A stretch of 64,000 nucleotides of DNA from Myxococcota bacterium (GTDB lineage: Bacteria; Myxococcota_A; Polyangia; Polyangiales; JANWZI01). Each line of letters begins with the position of its first letter. The first letter of the stretch is position 1. The stretch covers positions 3,838 through 67,837 of the forward strand of contig JANWZI010000005.1 of NCBI GenBank assembly GCA_025054695.1. The letters run 5' to 3'. The notes beneath the pieces are model-generated. The model was given only the letters and a program-made list of their open reading frames with translations, did no database searches and was not told the DNA's origin. The position numbers and the translations under genes are program-made. Positions 1-9,007 of this stretch are shown here, piece by piece.

Positions 1-133
1 CTGAGGCGGAGCTCGAGTCGGGCTGCAAAACGGATCCCGCACGCGAGCGCGAGCCTGAATTCGGTGCCGAGTCCGAGCCTGAGCCAAAGCCCGCTTCAGA
101 GGCCGAGCCCGAGTCTGACTCGGAGCCCGACGA
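1..133 (+). repeat. Period-6 (NCS-GAG)n array, copy R0, cut by the window edge
   Basis: GAG-phase units from nt 3 and a clean run at 63-132 (gag tcc gag cct gag cca aag ccc ... gag ccc gac). Possible head remnant gag tcg ggc tgc at 15-26. Confidence 0.7.
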
Positions 134-343
134 TCTTCGTGCCAGCCGTGCCTCGCGTCGCGAGGGCCGTAGCGCGAACGCGTTCGAAGGGTCACGCGGC
201 CCTCGCCGTGCGTTGCCGCTTTCTGGGGAACCGACCGGCCCGGTCGGTACGATCCACGCGTGCGCCGTCTGAAGGGCCTCGCGCGGGTGCGGCGCTTGCC
301 GCTCGTGCGGACGTCGACCGGACGACCCACGTTGGCGGTGGAG

Positions 344-694
344 ATGGAGCACGCGCTCTTCGATCGCGCGGAGTGGATGTTCGAGGGCGCCCCCTCGCCC
401 GCGGGGTTTTCGGGAAGCGCGCTCATCTCGATCGATTTGACGTTCCTCGGCCGGAGCATTCGGGGGGCCTGGAACGAGCACGCGCGGCTCGTGCTGTTGC
501 ACGCGGTCAGCGGCTCGGTGCGCGTGCGACTGCGCGTCATGCGACTGGCGCGGGCCGAGTTGCATCGACGCTGGCCCGGACTCGTCGTCGGGCCCGTCGA
601 GACGTCCGCCCGCTTCGCCCTGCGCGGCGAGCGGCTGTTCATCGACGTCGACGTCGAGGCGCGTCGGGTCGAGGCGCGCGTCGGAGCTCGCTGA
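344..694 (+). CDS. hypothetical protein
   Basis: Frame of ORF 260..694. ATG 344 is preceded by GGTGGAG. Third-position GC is high. No domain recognised. The competing 64..1746 frame here is Arg-rich junk. Confidence 0.5.
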   Translation: MEHALFDRAEWMFEGAPSPAGFSGSALISIDLTFLGRSIRGAWNEHARLVLLHAVSGSVRVRLRVMRLARAELHRRWPGLVVGPVETSARFALRGERLFIDVDVEARRVEARVGAR

Positions 695-726
695 GCTCCC
701 CGTCGTGCTATAGGGCGGCGACGATC

Positions 727-1746
727 GTGCGAGGCGGCGACGACAACGTCATCCACGTCACGTTCGGGCGCGGGGGCGGCCGGCGGCGCGTTCCGGCCGC
801 TGGCGGCGCCGCCGCTTCGAACGAATCGCGCGATGCCGCGCGGCCGACGGGCTCGGCGGAGGGTGATCCGCTCGCCGCGCTGTACGAGACGAACGAGGTC
901 GCGCGTCTGTTCGGCATCCCCGCGGGTCGGCTGCGGGCATGGGCACGCTCGGGCTTCATCGTGCCGAGCGTCGCGCGCGGCCGGCGCCGCCACTACACGT
1001 TCCAGGACCTCATCGCGATTCGCACGGCGCGCGGCCTGCTCGAGCGTGGCGTGTCCGTGCGCGCGGTGCGTCGCGCCGTCGACGCGCTGCGAGCCAGCCT
1101 GCCGCGCGTCACCCGTCCGCTTTCGGAGCTTCGCGTCGTCACCGACGGTCGCACGGTCGTCGTGCGCGGACCGGGCGGCGCGTTCGAGGCCGAGACCGGG
1201 CAGCTCGTGCTCGACTTCGACGTGGGCAGCCTGCGCGACGAGGTCGTACGCGTGCTGCGGCGCGACGACGGCGGCCGCCGGCGCCAGCAGGCCTACACGC
1301 TGTATCTGGAGGGGTGCAAGCTCGACGAGGACGCGGCCACGCTCGAGCGCGCCGAGGAGCTGTACCGCGAGGCGCTGCGCGTCGATCCGACGCTCGCGTG
1401 CGCGCTCACCAACCTGGGCAACGTGCGTCACCGCCGCGGCGCGCCGCACGAGGCCGAAGAGCTCTATCGGCAGGCGCTGCGCATCGACGCGGCTCAGCCC
1501 GAGGCTTGGTACAACTTGGGCTACATCGCGTTCGAGCGCGGCCAGTACGAGCAGGCGGCGGCGCATTTCCGCACCGCGATCGGCCACGACCCGGGATTCG
1601 CCGACGCGCACTTCAACCTCGCGATGACGCTCGAGGAACTGGGACGGCATCGCGAGGCCGTCACGCACTGGCGCACGTACCTGCGGCTCGAGCCACGCGG
1701 TCCGTGGGCGGACATCGCGCGGCGCCATCTGGGACGCGACGGCTGA
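727..1746 (+). CDS. MerR-type HTH protein with C-terminal TPR repeats
   Basis: C-terminal 340 aa of ORF 64..1746, in-frame GTG at 727. HTH: [26 protein letters not shown]...[19 protein letters not shown]: [57 protein letters not shown]. Confidence 0.75.
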   Translation: MRGGDDNVIHVTFGRGGGRRRVPAAGGAAASNESRDAARPTGSAEGDPLAALYETNEVARLFGIPAGRLRAWARSGFIVPSVARGRRRHYTFQDLIAIRTARGLLERGVSVRAVRRAVDALRASLPRVTRPLSELRVVTDGRTVVVRGPGGAFEAETGQLVLDFDVGSLRDEVVRVLRRDDGGRRRQQAYTLYLEGCKLDEDAATLERAEELYREALRVDPTLACALTNLGNVRHRRGAPHEAEELYRQALRIDAAQPEAWYNLGYIAFERGQYEQAAAHFRTAIGHDPGFADAHFNLAMTLEELGRHREAVTHWRTYLRLEPRGPWADIARRHLGRDG

Positions 1747-1774
1747 AGTGCACGGTGGGTGACGAGTCGCCACC

Positions 1775-1970
1775 GTGCCCATTTCGGAGTCGGAGTCGGA
1801 GTCCGACGTCGAGACCGAGGCGGAGTCGGAGTCCAAGTCTGAGTCCAAGTCCGACACCGAGCTCGTGACTCAGAGCGAGTCGGAGCCCGAATCGGAGACC
1901 GTGCCCGAGCCCGAAACCGTGACCGAGTCCGAGTCCGAGACAGAGTCCCAGTCCGAGGCCGAGTCGGCGC
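1775..1970 (+). repeat. Period-6 (NCS-GAG)n array, copy R1 (about 30 units)
   Basis: tcg gag tcg gag tcg gag tcc gac gtc gag acc gag ... Only the Glu frame is open, as a 71-aa ORF 1775..1990 with a GTG start. Confidence 0.9.
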
Positions 1971-1986
1971 TCGGCCGTGATGCCGC

Positions 1987-3246
1987 TTGACCGCCACAGC
2001 CGCGCGGCCATGCTCGCGGCCCGGAGGCGCCGTGTCCGAGCCGTTCTTTTTCACGTGGCGCGCGCAGCAGGGGGCGCGCGGGATCGAGATCACGGGCGGC
2101 GAGGGCGCCTGGTTCACCGTCGCCTCGGGCGAGCGGTGGCTCGATTTGGGCAGCCTCATCTATCAGGCGAATCTCGGCCACGGCCGACGCGACGTGGTCG
2201 AAGCCATCTGCGCGCAGGCCCGGCGTCTTTGCCTGACAATGCCCGTGGCCGTCTATCCGGAAAAGCGTCGGCTCGCCGAGCGGCTGCTCGCGCTCGCGCC
2301 GCGCGGTTTTTCGAAGGTTTTCTACACGCTCGGGGGTTCCGACGCGAACGAGAACGCGCTCAAGATCGCGCGACTCGTCACGGGGCGGTTCAAGGCGCTC
2401 GCGCGCTACCGCAGCTACCACGGCGCGACGATGGGCGCGGTGACGCTGTCGGGCGACTGGCGCCGGCCGCCGGTCGAGCCGGGCCTGCCGGGAATCATTC
2501 ACGTCGACGACCGCGACGCCACCGACGCCGAGGCATTCGTGCGTGCGCTCGAATTCGAGGGGCCGTCGACGGTGGCCGCCGTCTTCGTGGAGTCGATCGT
2601 CGGTGGCAACGGCGTGCACCGGCCGCCGCCGGGATACCTGCGGCAGTTACGGCACGCGTGCGACCGGCACGGCGTGTTGCTCGTCGTCGACGAGGTGCTC
2701 GCGGGCTTCGGGCGGACCGGCCGCACCTTCGGGTTCGAGCACGAACCGGGGCTGGTGCCCGATCTCATCACGTGCGGAAAGGCCCTGACCGGGGGATACG
2801 GCGTGCTCGGCGCGGTGCTCGTGCACGAACGGGTCGCCGCGCACTTCGAGACGCGGCCCCTGGTGGCCGGGCTGACGCACTACGCCCACCCGCTCGGTGT
2901 GGCCGCGGCCCTGGCTGCGCTCGACGTCCTGGAGCGCGAACGACTGGTCGAGCGCGCGGCGGGCCTCGAGCCGGTTCTCGCGTCCGGGTTGCAGACCGTC
3001 GTCGACGCCTGCCCCGCCGTCGCGCGACGCGCACGGGCGGTGGGGCTGCTCGGCGCGGTGGACGTCGACCTGGACGCCTCGGGATGGGACCGGCTCGAGG
3101 CCGCGCTCGTCCGACGCCGGATCCACGTGCATCTGCAGCGCAAGGTGGGCGCGATCGTCGTCGCTCCGCCGCTCGTCATCGCGGAGCCGGAGCTGCGCCA
3201 CGGCCTCGGGCTGCTGGCCGAAGCGCTTCGGGAGGTGGCGTCGTGA
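1987..3246 (+). CDS. class III (PLP-dependent) aminotransferase
   Basis: [42 protein letters not shown]. Start uncertain (TTG 1987 or GTG about 2031). Confidence 0.85.
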   Translation: MTATAARPCSRPGGAVSEPFFFTWRAQQGARGIEITGGEGAWFTVASGERWLDLGSLIYQANLGHGRRDVVEAICAQARRLCLTMPVAVYPEKRRLAERLLALAPRGFSKVFYTLGGSDANENALKIARLVTGRFKALARYRSYHGATMGAVTLSGDWRRPPVEPGLPGIIHVDDRDATDAEAFVRALEFEGPSTVAAVFVESIVGGNGVHRPPPGYLRQLRHACDRHGVLLVVDEVLAGFGRTGRTFGFEHEPGLVPDLITCGKALTGGYGVLGAVLVHERVAAHFETRPLVAGLTHYAHPLGVAAALAALDVLERERLVERAAGLEPVLASGLQTVVDACPAVARRARAVGLLGAVDVDLDASGWDRLEAALVRRRIHVHLQRKVGAIVVAPPLVIAEPELRHGLGLLAEALREVAS

Positions 3247-3977
3247 GCGGACCGCGGCCCGGACGGCACCGCGACAAGGTGCGCGCGAGCGTGGCCGAGG
3301 CCCTCGAAGGGCTACACGACGGAGCGCGCGTGATGGTCGGCGGCTTCGGCCTGTGCGGCAACCCCGAGGCGCTCATCCGGGGCGTCGTCGAGCGCGGCGT
3401 GCGCGACCTCGTGCTCATCAGCAACAACGCCGGCAACCTCGGCAAGGGGCTCAACCTCTGGCTGCAGGCGGGTATCGTCCGCAAGGTCATCTGCACGTAC
3501 ATCGGCACCAACGAGGCCCTGCACGAGCAGATGGCGGCCGGGCGCGTCGAGGTCGAAATCGTGCCCCAGGGCACCTTCGTCGAGCGCATCCGCGCCGCGG
3601 GCGCCGGAATCGCCGCGTTCTACACGCCGACGGGCGCGGGCACGGTCGTCGCCGAGGGCAAGGAGATCCGCGAATTCGACGGTCGGCCCCACTTGCTCGA
3701 ACGCGCCCTCGGTGCGGACTTCGCCCTGGTGCGCGCGCGACGCGCCGATCCATTCGGCAACTTGCGCTTCTGGCGCACCGCGCGGAATTTCTCGCCCCTG
3801 ATGTGCATGGCGGCGCGCACGACCCTCGTCGAGGCCGACGAGCTCGTGCCGCTGGGCACGTTCGACCCGGACGACGTGCATCTTCCCGGCATCTTCGTGC
3901 ATCGCATCGTCGAGGTGCGCGAGCACGAGGATCCGTTCGAGTACCGCGTCGTACGGCCGCGCCCGGAGGGACGCTGA
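3243..3977 (+). CDS. 3-oxoacid/acetate CoA-transferase subunit A
   Basis: MVGGFGLCGNPEALI, ISNNAGN, FYTPTGAGT. GTG 3243 overlaps the upstream TGA (GTGA). Confidence 0.9.
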   Translation: MSGPRPGRHRDKVRASVAEALEGLHDGARVMVGGFGLCGNPEALIRGVVERGVRDLVLISNNAGNLGKGLNLWLQAGIVRKVICTYIGTNEALHEQMAAGRVEVEIVPQGTFVERIRAAGAGIAAFYTPTGAGTVVAEGKEIREFDGRPHLLERALGADFALVRARRADPFGNLRFWRTARNFSPLMCMAARTTLVEADELVPLGTFDPDDVHLPGIFVHRIVEVREHEDPFEYRVVRPRPEGR

Positions 3978-4615
3978 TGCCGTGGAGTCGCGAGCAGATG
4001 GCCGAGCGAGCCGCGCGGGAGATCCCACCCGGCTCCATCGTCAATCTCGGCATCGGGTTGCCGACGCTGGTCGCCGATTGCATCCCGCCCGACGCCGACA
4101 TCTGGCTGCACACCGAGAACGGCATCCTCGGCATGGGGCCGTTTCCGTACGAAGGCGAGGAAGACCCGCAGATCATCAACGCCGGCAAGCAGACGGTCAC
4201 GATCGTGCGCGGCGGCTCGACCTTCGACAGCGCGCTCTCGTTCGCGATGATCCGCGGCGGCCACGTCGACGTGACGATTCTCGGGGCGATGCAGGTGTCG
4301 GCGGCCGGCGATCTCGCCAACTGGGCGATTCCCGGCGGCAAGGTCATGGGCATCGGCGGTGCGATGGATCTGGCGAGCGGCTCGGGATTCATCCTCGCCA
4401 TGACCACGCACGTCACGCGCGAGGGAGAACCGAAGCTCGTGGCCGAGTGCACCTATCCGCTGACGGCGCGCCGGTGCGTGCACCGCGTGCTGACGGATCT
4501 CGGGCTGTTCGCGTGTGGGCCGGAAGGGTTCCGGCTGCTCGAGCTCGCCCCCGGGGTCTCGCTCGACGAGGTGCGCCGCAAGACCGGAGCGCCCGTGCTC
4601 GAGGGCCGCCCGTGA
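3977..4615 (+). CDS. 3-oxoacid/acetate CoA-transferase subunit B
   Basis: SIVNLGIGLPTLVA, ENGILGMGP, GGAMDLASG. ATG 3977 overlaps the A-subunit stop by 1 nt. Confidence 0.9.
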   Translation: MPWSREQMAERAAREIPPGSIVNLGIGLPTLVADCIPPDADIWLHTENGILGMGPFPYEGEEDPQIINAGKQTVTIVRGGSTFDSALSFAMIRGGHVDVTILGAMQVSAAGDLANWAIPGGKVMGIGGAMDLASGSGFILAMTTHVTREGEPKLVAECTYPLTARRCVHRVLTDLGLFACGPEGFRLLELAPGVSLDEVRRKTGAPVLEGRP

Positions 4616-5067
4616 GCGCCGTCGAACGCACCCTCGAATCCGTCCCCGACGACGAGCGTGTCCTGTTCGAGGGCCGGCCCGCGGCCATCGCGACGGTGGG
4701 GCAACTGCTGCTCGTGATCGCGACGGTCGGCCTGGCGTGGATCGCGCTGTGGCTACGGTCGCTCGCGCGTCGCTACAAGATCACGACCGAGCGGATCGTC
4801 ATCGAGACGGGCCTGCTGTCGCGGCGCCTGGAGCAGATCGACCTGTATCGCATCGAGGACTACGTCGTCGAACGGCCGTTCGGGCAGCGGCTGCTCGGCA
4901 CCGGCAACCTCGTCGTGCGCAGCGGCGATCGCACGAGCCCGCAGATCCGAATCGAACGCGTGCGCACGGACGTCGTCGCGCTCTACGAGTCGCTGCGGCG
5001 CGCGACCGAGGCCGACAAGCGGCGGCGCGGCGTGCGGCTGATGGACGTGACCGGGCCCGTGGGCTGA
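4612..5067 (+). CDS. membrane PH-domain (YdbS/bPH_2-like) protein
   Basis: TM segment LLLVIATVGLAWIALWL, then YKITTERIVIETGLLSRRLEQIDLYRIEDY. GTGA overlap with the upstream gene. Confidence 0.7.
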   Translation: MSAVERTLESVPDDERVLFEGRPAAIATVGQLLLVIATVGLAWIALWLRSLARRYKITTERIVIETGLLSRRLEQIDLYRIEDYVVERPFGQRLLGTGNLVVRSGDRTSPQIRIERVRTDVVALYESLRRATEADKRRRGVRLMDVTGPVG

Positions 5068-5087
5068 CGCGTGTCCGGTCCGGCGCG

Positions 5088-5250
5088 GCGGACTCGGACT
5101 CGGGCTCGGTCTCGGACTCGGTCTCGGACTCGGAGTCGGTCTCGGACTCGGAGTCGGTCTCGGACTCGGGCTCGGACTCCGGCTGGGACTCCGACTCGGG
5201 CTCGGACTCAAGCGCGACCTGCGAACCCGCCGTCGCGACCCGGGCACCCG
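5088..5250 (-). repeat. Period-6 array, copy R2 (GAG sense on minus strand) with degenerate head
   Basis: ggactcggactcgggctcggtctcggactc... over 5091-5210, including an 18-nt higher-order duplicate. Weak head-like gacggcgg segment toward 5250, directly after the stop of the 5261..6151 gene. Confidence 0.85.
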
Positions 5251-5260
5251 CCCTGAGAGA

Positions 5261-6151
5261 TCAGCCGCCGAGGTCGAGCGCGGCGCGCAGCGCGTCGAGT
5301 GCCGTGGGATGTTGAAAGGCGTACCCGGAGTGTTGCAGACGCCGGGGCAGCACGCGCTGACTCGACAGCAGCATCTGCTGGGCAGCCTCGGCACCCAGCG
5401 CCATTCGAAGCGCGAAGGCCGGTACGGCGAACAAGGCCGGGCGCCGAAGCAAGCCTGCCAGCATGCGTGTGAACTCGCCATTTCGCACGGGCTCCGGGCA
5501 GACGACGTTGAGGGGGCCGTCCAGGGCCGGCTCCGCGAGCGCGTGACGGATCGCGCCGACGGCGTCCGCCAGCGAAACGACGCTCATCCACTGCCGCCCC
5601 GAGCCGATCCGGCCACCGAGCCCCGCGCGAAAGACGGGCACCATCCGCGCGAGCGCGCCGCCATGCCGCGCGAGCACGATGCCGAAGCGAGCGTGCACCA
5701 CGCGCACACCGGCCTCGCGCGCCGGATCGGCCGCCGCCTCCCAGCGCGCGCACAGCTCCGCCAGAATCCCCTGACCCGGCCCGCTCGCCTCGTCGAGCTC
5801 TTCCTCGCCCCGGTCGCCATAGTAACCGATGGCCGAGGCGACGATCAGAACGCGCGGCCCATCGCGTATCGACGCGAGCGTCCGGGCGACGAACGCCGTC
5901 GTCTCGACCCGGCTGCGCACCAGACGCTGCATGCGCGCCTCGGTCCAGCGCCCCGAAGCCACGTTCTCACCGGACAGATGGACGAACGCTCCGATGCCCC
6001 GAAGCGCGTCCGCGTCGAGTCGTCCGGCGTAAGGATCCCACCACAACCCCGAGCGCGTCCGATCGCGCACGAGAACGAGCGCACGCTCGCCCAGCGCGTG
6101 CACGAGCGCGCTCCCGATGAGCCCTGAGGCGCCGCTGACGGCCACACGCAT
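5261..6151 (-). CDS. TIGR01777/YfcH-like NAD-dependent epimerase family protein
   Basis: MRVAVSGASGLIGSAL Rossmann motif and a C-terminal DUF1731-like end (SQRVLPRRLQHSGYAFQHP). ATG at 6151. The ORF stays open upstream through array R3 to 6415. Confidence 0.8.
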   Translation of the reverse strand: MRVAVSGASGLIGSALVHALGERALVLVRDRTRSGLWWDPYAGRLDADALRGIGAFVHLSGENVASGRWTEARMQRLVRSRVETTAFVARTLASIRDGPRVLIVASAIGYYGDRGEEELDEASGPGQGILAELCARWEAAADPAREAGVRVVHARFGIVLARHGGALARMVPVFRAGLGGRIGSGRQWMSVVSLADAVGAIRHALAEPALDGPLNVVCPEPVRNGEFTRMLAGLLRRPALFAVPAFALRMALGAEAAQQMLLSSQRVLPRRLQHSGYAFQHPTALDALRAALDLGG

Positions 6152-6202
6152 GTGCCGCGCACGCTGCCACGATTGACAGTGCGGCACCAGAACGGGACGT
6201 GA

Positions 6203-6415
6203 CGGTCTCGGACTCGGGCTCAGGCTCGGACTCGGGCTCGGAATCGAGCTCAGGCTCGCACTCGGTCTCGGTCTCGGGCTCGGGCTCGGGCTCGGTCTCG
6301 GACTCGGGCTCGGACCCGGACTCGGGCTCAGGATCGGACTCCCGCTCGGACGCGTAGGATCCGGATTGGTGTGGCGGCTCGACGAAAAGTGCGCCTGAAG
6401 TAACGTCGATGCCAT
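6203..6415 (-). repeat. Period-6 array, copy R3, with indel-bearing head
   Basis: Tail at 6203-6350 (ctcggactcgggctcaggctcgga...). Head at 6351-6415 reads on the minus strand atggcatcgacgttacttcag...ccaatccggatcc, alignable to the R4 head with gaps. Confidence 0.8.
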
Positions 6416-7055
6416 GACGCGACGACGAGGCGGCGGGTGCGCCGCGACCCGCTACGCGAGCGTGGGTGAGGCACGCGGGGCCAAGGCGTTGGTGATGTTG
6501 GCGATGGGATCGTGGCTCGGCGCCACCGGCTGCGGGCACGATCATCCAAGCGCGCCCGCGGACGTCATCTACGAAGCCGGGGCGACCGACGAGGCGTGGA
6601 TCGCCATCGACGAGGCGGGCGACATGGTCGACGACGTTCAGGCCCCGCGCCTGCTCACGCCGACGAGCCCGCTGTCGCGCGCCACGGTTCCGCGCTTCTC
6701 GTGGACCTCGGGCCCCGCCCCGGCGTCGCGAGCGCCCGGGCACCGTGGCCCCGCTTCGTTTGCCCGTCGGCTTCTCGAGTGGATGGCCGAGCCGGTGCCC
6801 ACCGCGCGGGCACACCTGCCGCCGGTCACCGGTCCGATGTACAGGCTCGTCGTCGAGCTGGGTGCTGGCGCGCCGCCCATCCGCGTACTGACGGGAGACC
6901 TTGCGTATTCCCCGTCCGCCACGGTCTACCCGCGCATCCGCGATGCGCGCGGCCCGCTGCGCGTGACGATCGCGCGCGCCTATCTCGAGACGGGCCGCGT
7001 CGTCGAAGGGCCGTTCGTCCGCTCGATGCCGTACGTCATCGAGCTGGTCGATTGA
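6414..7055 (+). CDS. hypothetical lipoprotein
   Basis: Lipobox LGATGC. Alternative start at ATG 6495. No domain recognised. Confidence 0.55.
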   Translation: MTRRRGGGCAATRYASVGEARGAKALVMLAMGSWLGATGCGHDHPSAPADVIYEAGATDEAWIAIDEAGDMVDDVQAPRLLTPTSPLSRATVPRFSWTSGPAPASRAPGHRGPASFARRLLEWMAEPVPTARAHLPPVTGPMYRLVVELGAGAPPIRVLTGDLAYSPSATVYPRIRDARGPLRVTIARAYLETGRVVEGPFVRSMPYVIELVD

Positions 7056-7076
7056 ACGCGGCATCGTGCGCCGCCC

Positions 7077-8288
7077 ATGTGCCGGTGCGCTCGACGAAGC
7101 CGGTCCGCTCGCCTCGCGCACGGTACGATGCTCGTCGTCGGGCTCGCCGCGTGCGTGGACGACGTTCCGTCCGGCGCGCGCTGGCCGGAAACCATCCGGC
7201 CCATCGACGGCCGCCTGCCGCTCGCGTACCTGACCAACAACGGCGAGGACACCGTCAGCGTCGTCTCGCTTGCGGACGCGGTCGAGGTGGCGCGCGTACC
7301 CGTCGGACGCTCGCCCGTCGATCCGGAAGCGCCCCATCATCTCGCAATCGACGCCGAGGCGGGGTGGGTCTTCGTGGGGCTGTCGAACGTGGGTCTGCGC
7401 GAAGGGGGCGGTTTGCACGGCAGCCACGGCGGTGGCCTGCTGCCGAGCTGGGTCCAGCGACTTTCGCTCATCGATCTCCGGCCCGACGAGGAACGTCGCG
7501 TCGATCCGGATCTCGGCGACATCGTTCTGACGCCCGACCGCCGATGGGTCATCACGACGCACTTCGCCCTCGAGCGCGCGCTGCAGGTCGCCATGCGCGG
7601 CGATCCGGAGCAAAGCGGCTGGGGCGAGCTGAACGTGTTGGACGCGGCTTCGATGACGCACCGCGCACGGCTCGCGGTCTGTGCGGCTCCCCATGGCCTG
7701 GCCATCACCGCGGACGGTTCGACGGCCCTGGTGAGCTGCTACGCGGACGACACGCTGGCCGTCGTCGACCTGGTCGCGGAGCCACCGGTCGTGCGCGCGC
7801 GGCTACCCGTCGGTCCCGCGCCCGGGGCACCGGCCGCCATCCGCTACGGTCCGTACGCCGTCGCGATCGCGCCCGACGGCGGCCGCGCGTTCGTCTCGAC
7901 GCTGGAGGGAAAGTCTCTCCGCGTCTACGACGTGCGTGCCGCCGTCATGGACGACGCGCGCGCCCTCGCGTTGCCGGGTGCGGCCTTTTTCGCCGCGTTT
8001 TCGCCGGACGGATCGCGGCTGTGGGTGCCGACGCAGGATCGCGACGCCCTCGTCGCCGTCGATCCGGTCGGTGTCGCGATCGTCGACCGACGCGATTTCG
8101 GTCCGGAGTGCCGCGCGCCCCACGAAGTCGTGTACGTGCGATCGCTCGCGCGGCTCGCGCTGGTGTGCGAGGGAGACCGCGTGGGCTCGGGGGCCCTGCT
8201 GCTATTGTCGCCGGACCGTCTCGACGTGCTCGCGCGCGTCGAGGTGGGGGTCTACCCCGACGCCGTGCGCGTGGTGGAGGCGCCGTGA
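7077..8288 (+). CDS. YVTN-type beta-propeller repeat lipoprotein
   Basis: Lipobox VGLAAC. Repeats: TNNGEDTVSVVSLADAVEVARVPVG, PHGLAITADGSTALVSCYADDTLAVVDL, PYAVAIAPDGGRAFVSTLEGKSLRVYDV. Probable start at ATG 7128. Confidence 0.7.
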   Translation: MCRCARRSRSARLAHGTMLVVGLAACVDDVPSGARWPETIRPIDGRLPLAYLTNNGEDTVSVVSLADAVEVARVPVGRSPVDPEAPHHLAIDAEAGWVFVGLSNVGLREGGGLHGSHGGGLLPSWVQRLSLIDLRPDEERRVDPDLGDIVLTPDRRWVITTHFALERALQVAMRGDPEQSGWGELNVLDAASMTHRARLAVCAAPHGLAITADGSTALVSCYADDTLAVVDLVAEPPVVRARLPVGPAPGAPAAIRYGPYAVAIAPDGGRAFVSTLEGKSLRVYDVRAAVMDDARALALPGAAFFAAFSPDGSRLWVPTQDRDALVAVDPVGVAIVDRRDFGPECRAPHEVVYVRSLARLALVCEGDRVGSGALLLLSPDRLDVLARVEVGVYPDAVRVVEAP

Positions 8289-9007
8289 GCCGCGTCGCGC
8301 TCGACGCCCTGGCATCTCGGCGATGCGTGCCGCTCGGGGTGCTGATCGCCATCGTCGGCTGCGTCGAGCGCACCGCGGTCGAACGGGGCCGCGCGGCCTT
8401 CGCGGATCCTCGGGTCTCGGGCTCGCCGACCAACGACGTCGCGTGCGCCGACTGTCACGCTCCGGGGCCGGTGCCCGCGGGGCGCGTGCTCGCGGGCGGC
8501 TCACTCGAAGGGGTGCTCGGCCGGCCACACTGGTGGGGCGGCGCCGTGCGCGATCCGCTCGAGGCGGTCAACGCGTGTCTCTTCTACTTCATGCGAACCC
8601 CGTACTCGCGCTTGCTGACGCCGCAGACGCCTGTCGGGCTCGATCTGCTCGCTTTTCTCGAGACGCTCGGCGTCGAGCCCTCGCCCCCCGTCCCGTTCAC
8701 GGTCGTGCGCCGTCCTTCGCTCGCGTTGCCGCCGGGCGATCCGGCCGCCGGCGCCGCGCTCTGGAACGCCGCGTGCGCGAGCTGCCACGGGGAGCTGCGG
8801 ACGCGCCGCGGTGCGCGCAATCGCAACGCTCCCGTCGTGCCCGACGCCACGATTGCCGAGCACGGCGAGTACGCGTTGGAGCGGGTCGTCTACAAAGTTC
8901 GACACGGTGGATTTTTCGGCCTGGGTGGCGACATGCCACCGTATTCGCTCGAGGTGCTGAGCGACGAGCAACTCGCCGACCTCGTGGCGTATCTGGAGCT
9001 GCCGTGA
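8285..9007 (+). CDS. di-haem c-type cytochrome lipoprotein (peroxidase-like haem contexts)
   Basis: Two CXXCH motifs (CADCH, CASCH) and lipobox IVGC. GRAAFADPRVSG...CADCHAPG resembles the first haem site of di-haem peroxidases. GTGA overlap. Confidence 0.75.
   Translation: MSRVALDALASRRCVPLGVLIAIVGCVERTAVERGRAAFADPRVSGSPTNDVACADCHAPGPVPAGRVLAGGSLEGVLGRPHWWGGAVRDPLEAVNACLFYFMRTPYSRLLTPQTPVGLDLLAFLETLGVEPSPPVPFTVVRRPSLALPPGDPAAGAALWNAACASCHGELRTRRGARNRNAPVVPDATIAEHGEYALERVVYKVRHGGFFGLGGDMPPYSLEVLSDEQLADLVAYLELP

Noticed and set aside
64-726. N-terminal 220 residues of the 560-aa ORF 64..1746 as part of the MerR/TPR protein.
   Set aside because: The segment is Arg-rich with no protein-like character. 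It overlaps the better-looking 344..694 frame, and an in-frame GTG at 727 precedes the HTH.
1775-1970. The arrays could be CRISPR loci.
   Set aside because: The period is 6 nt with no unique spacers and no 24-48 nt repeat unit. No cas genes occur anywhere in the window.
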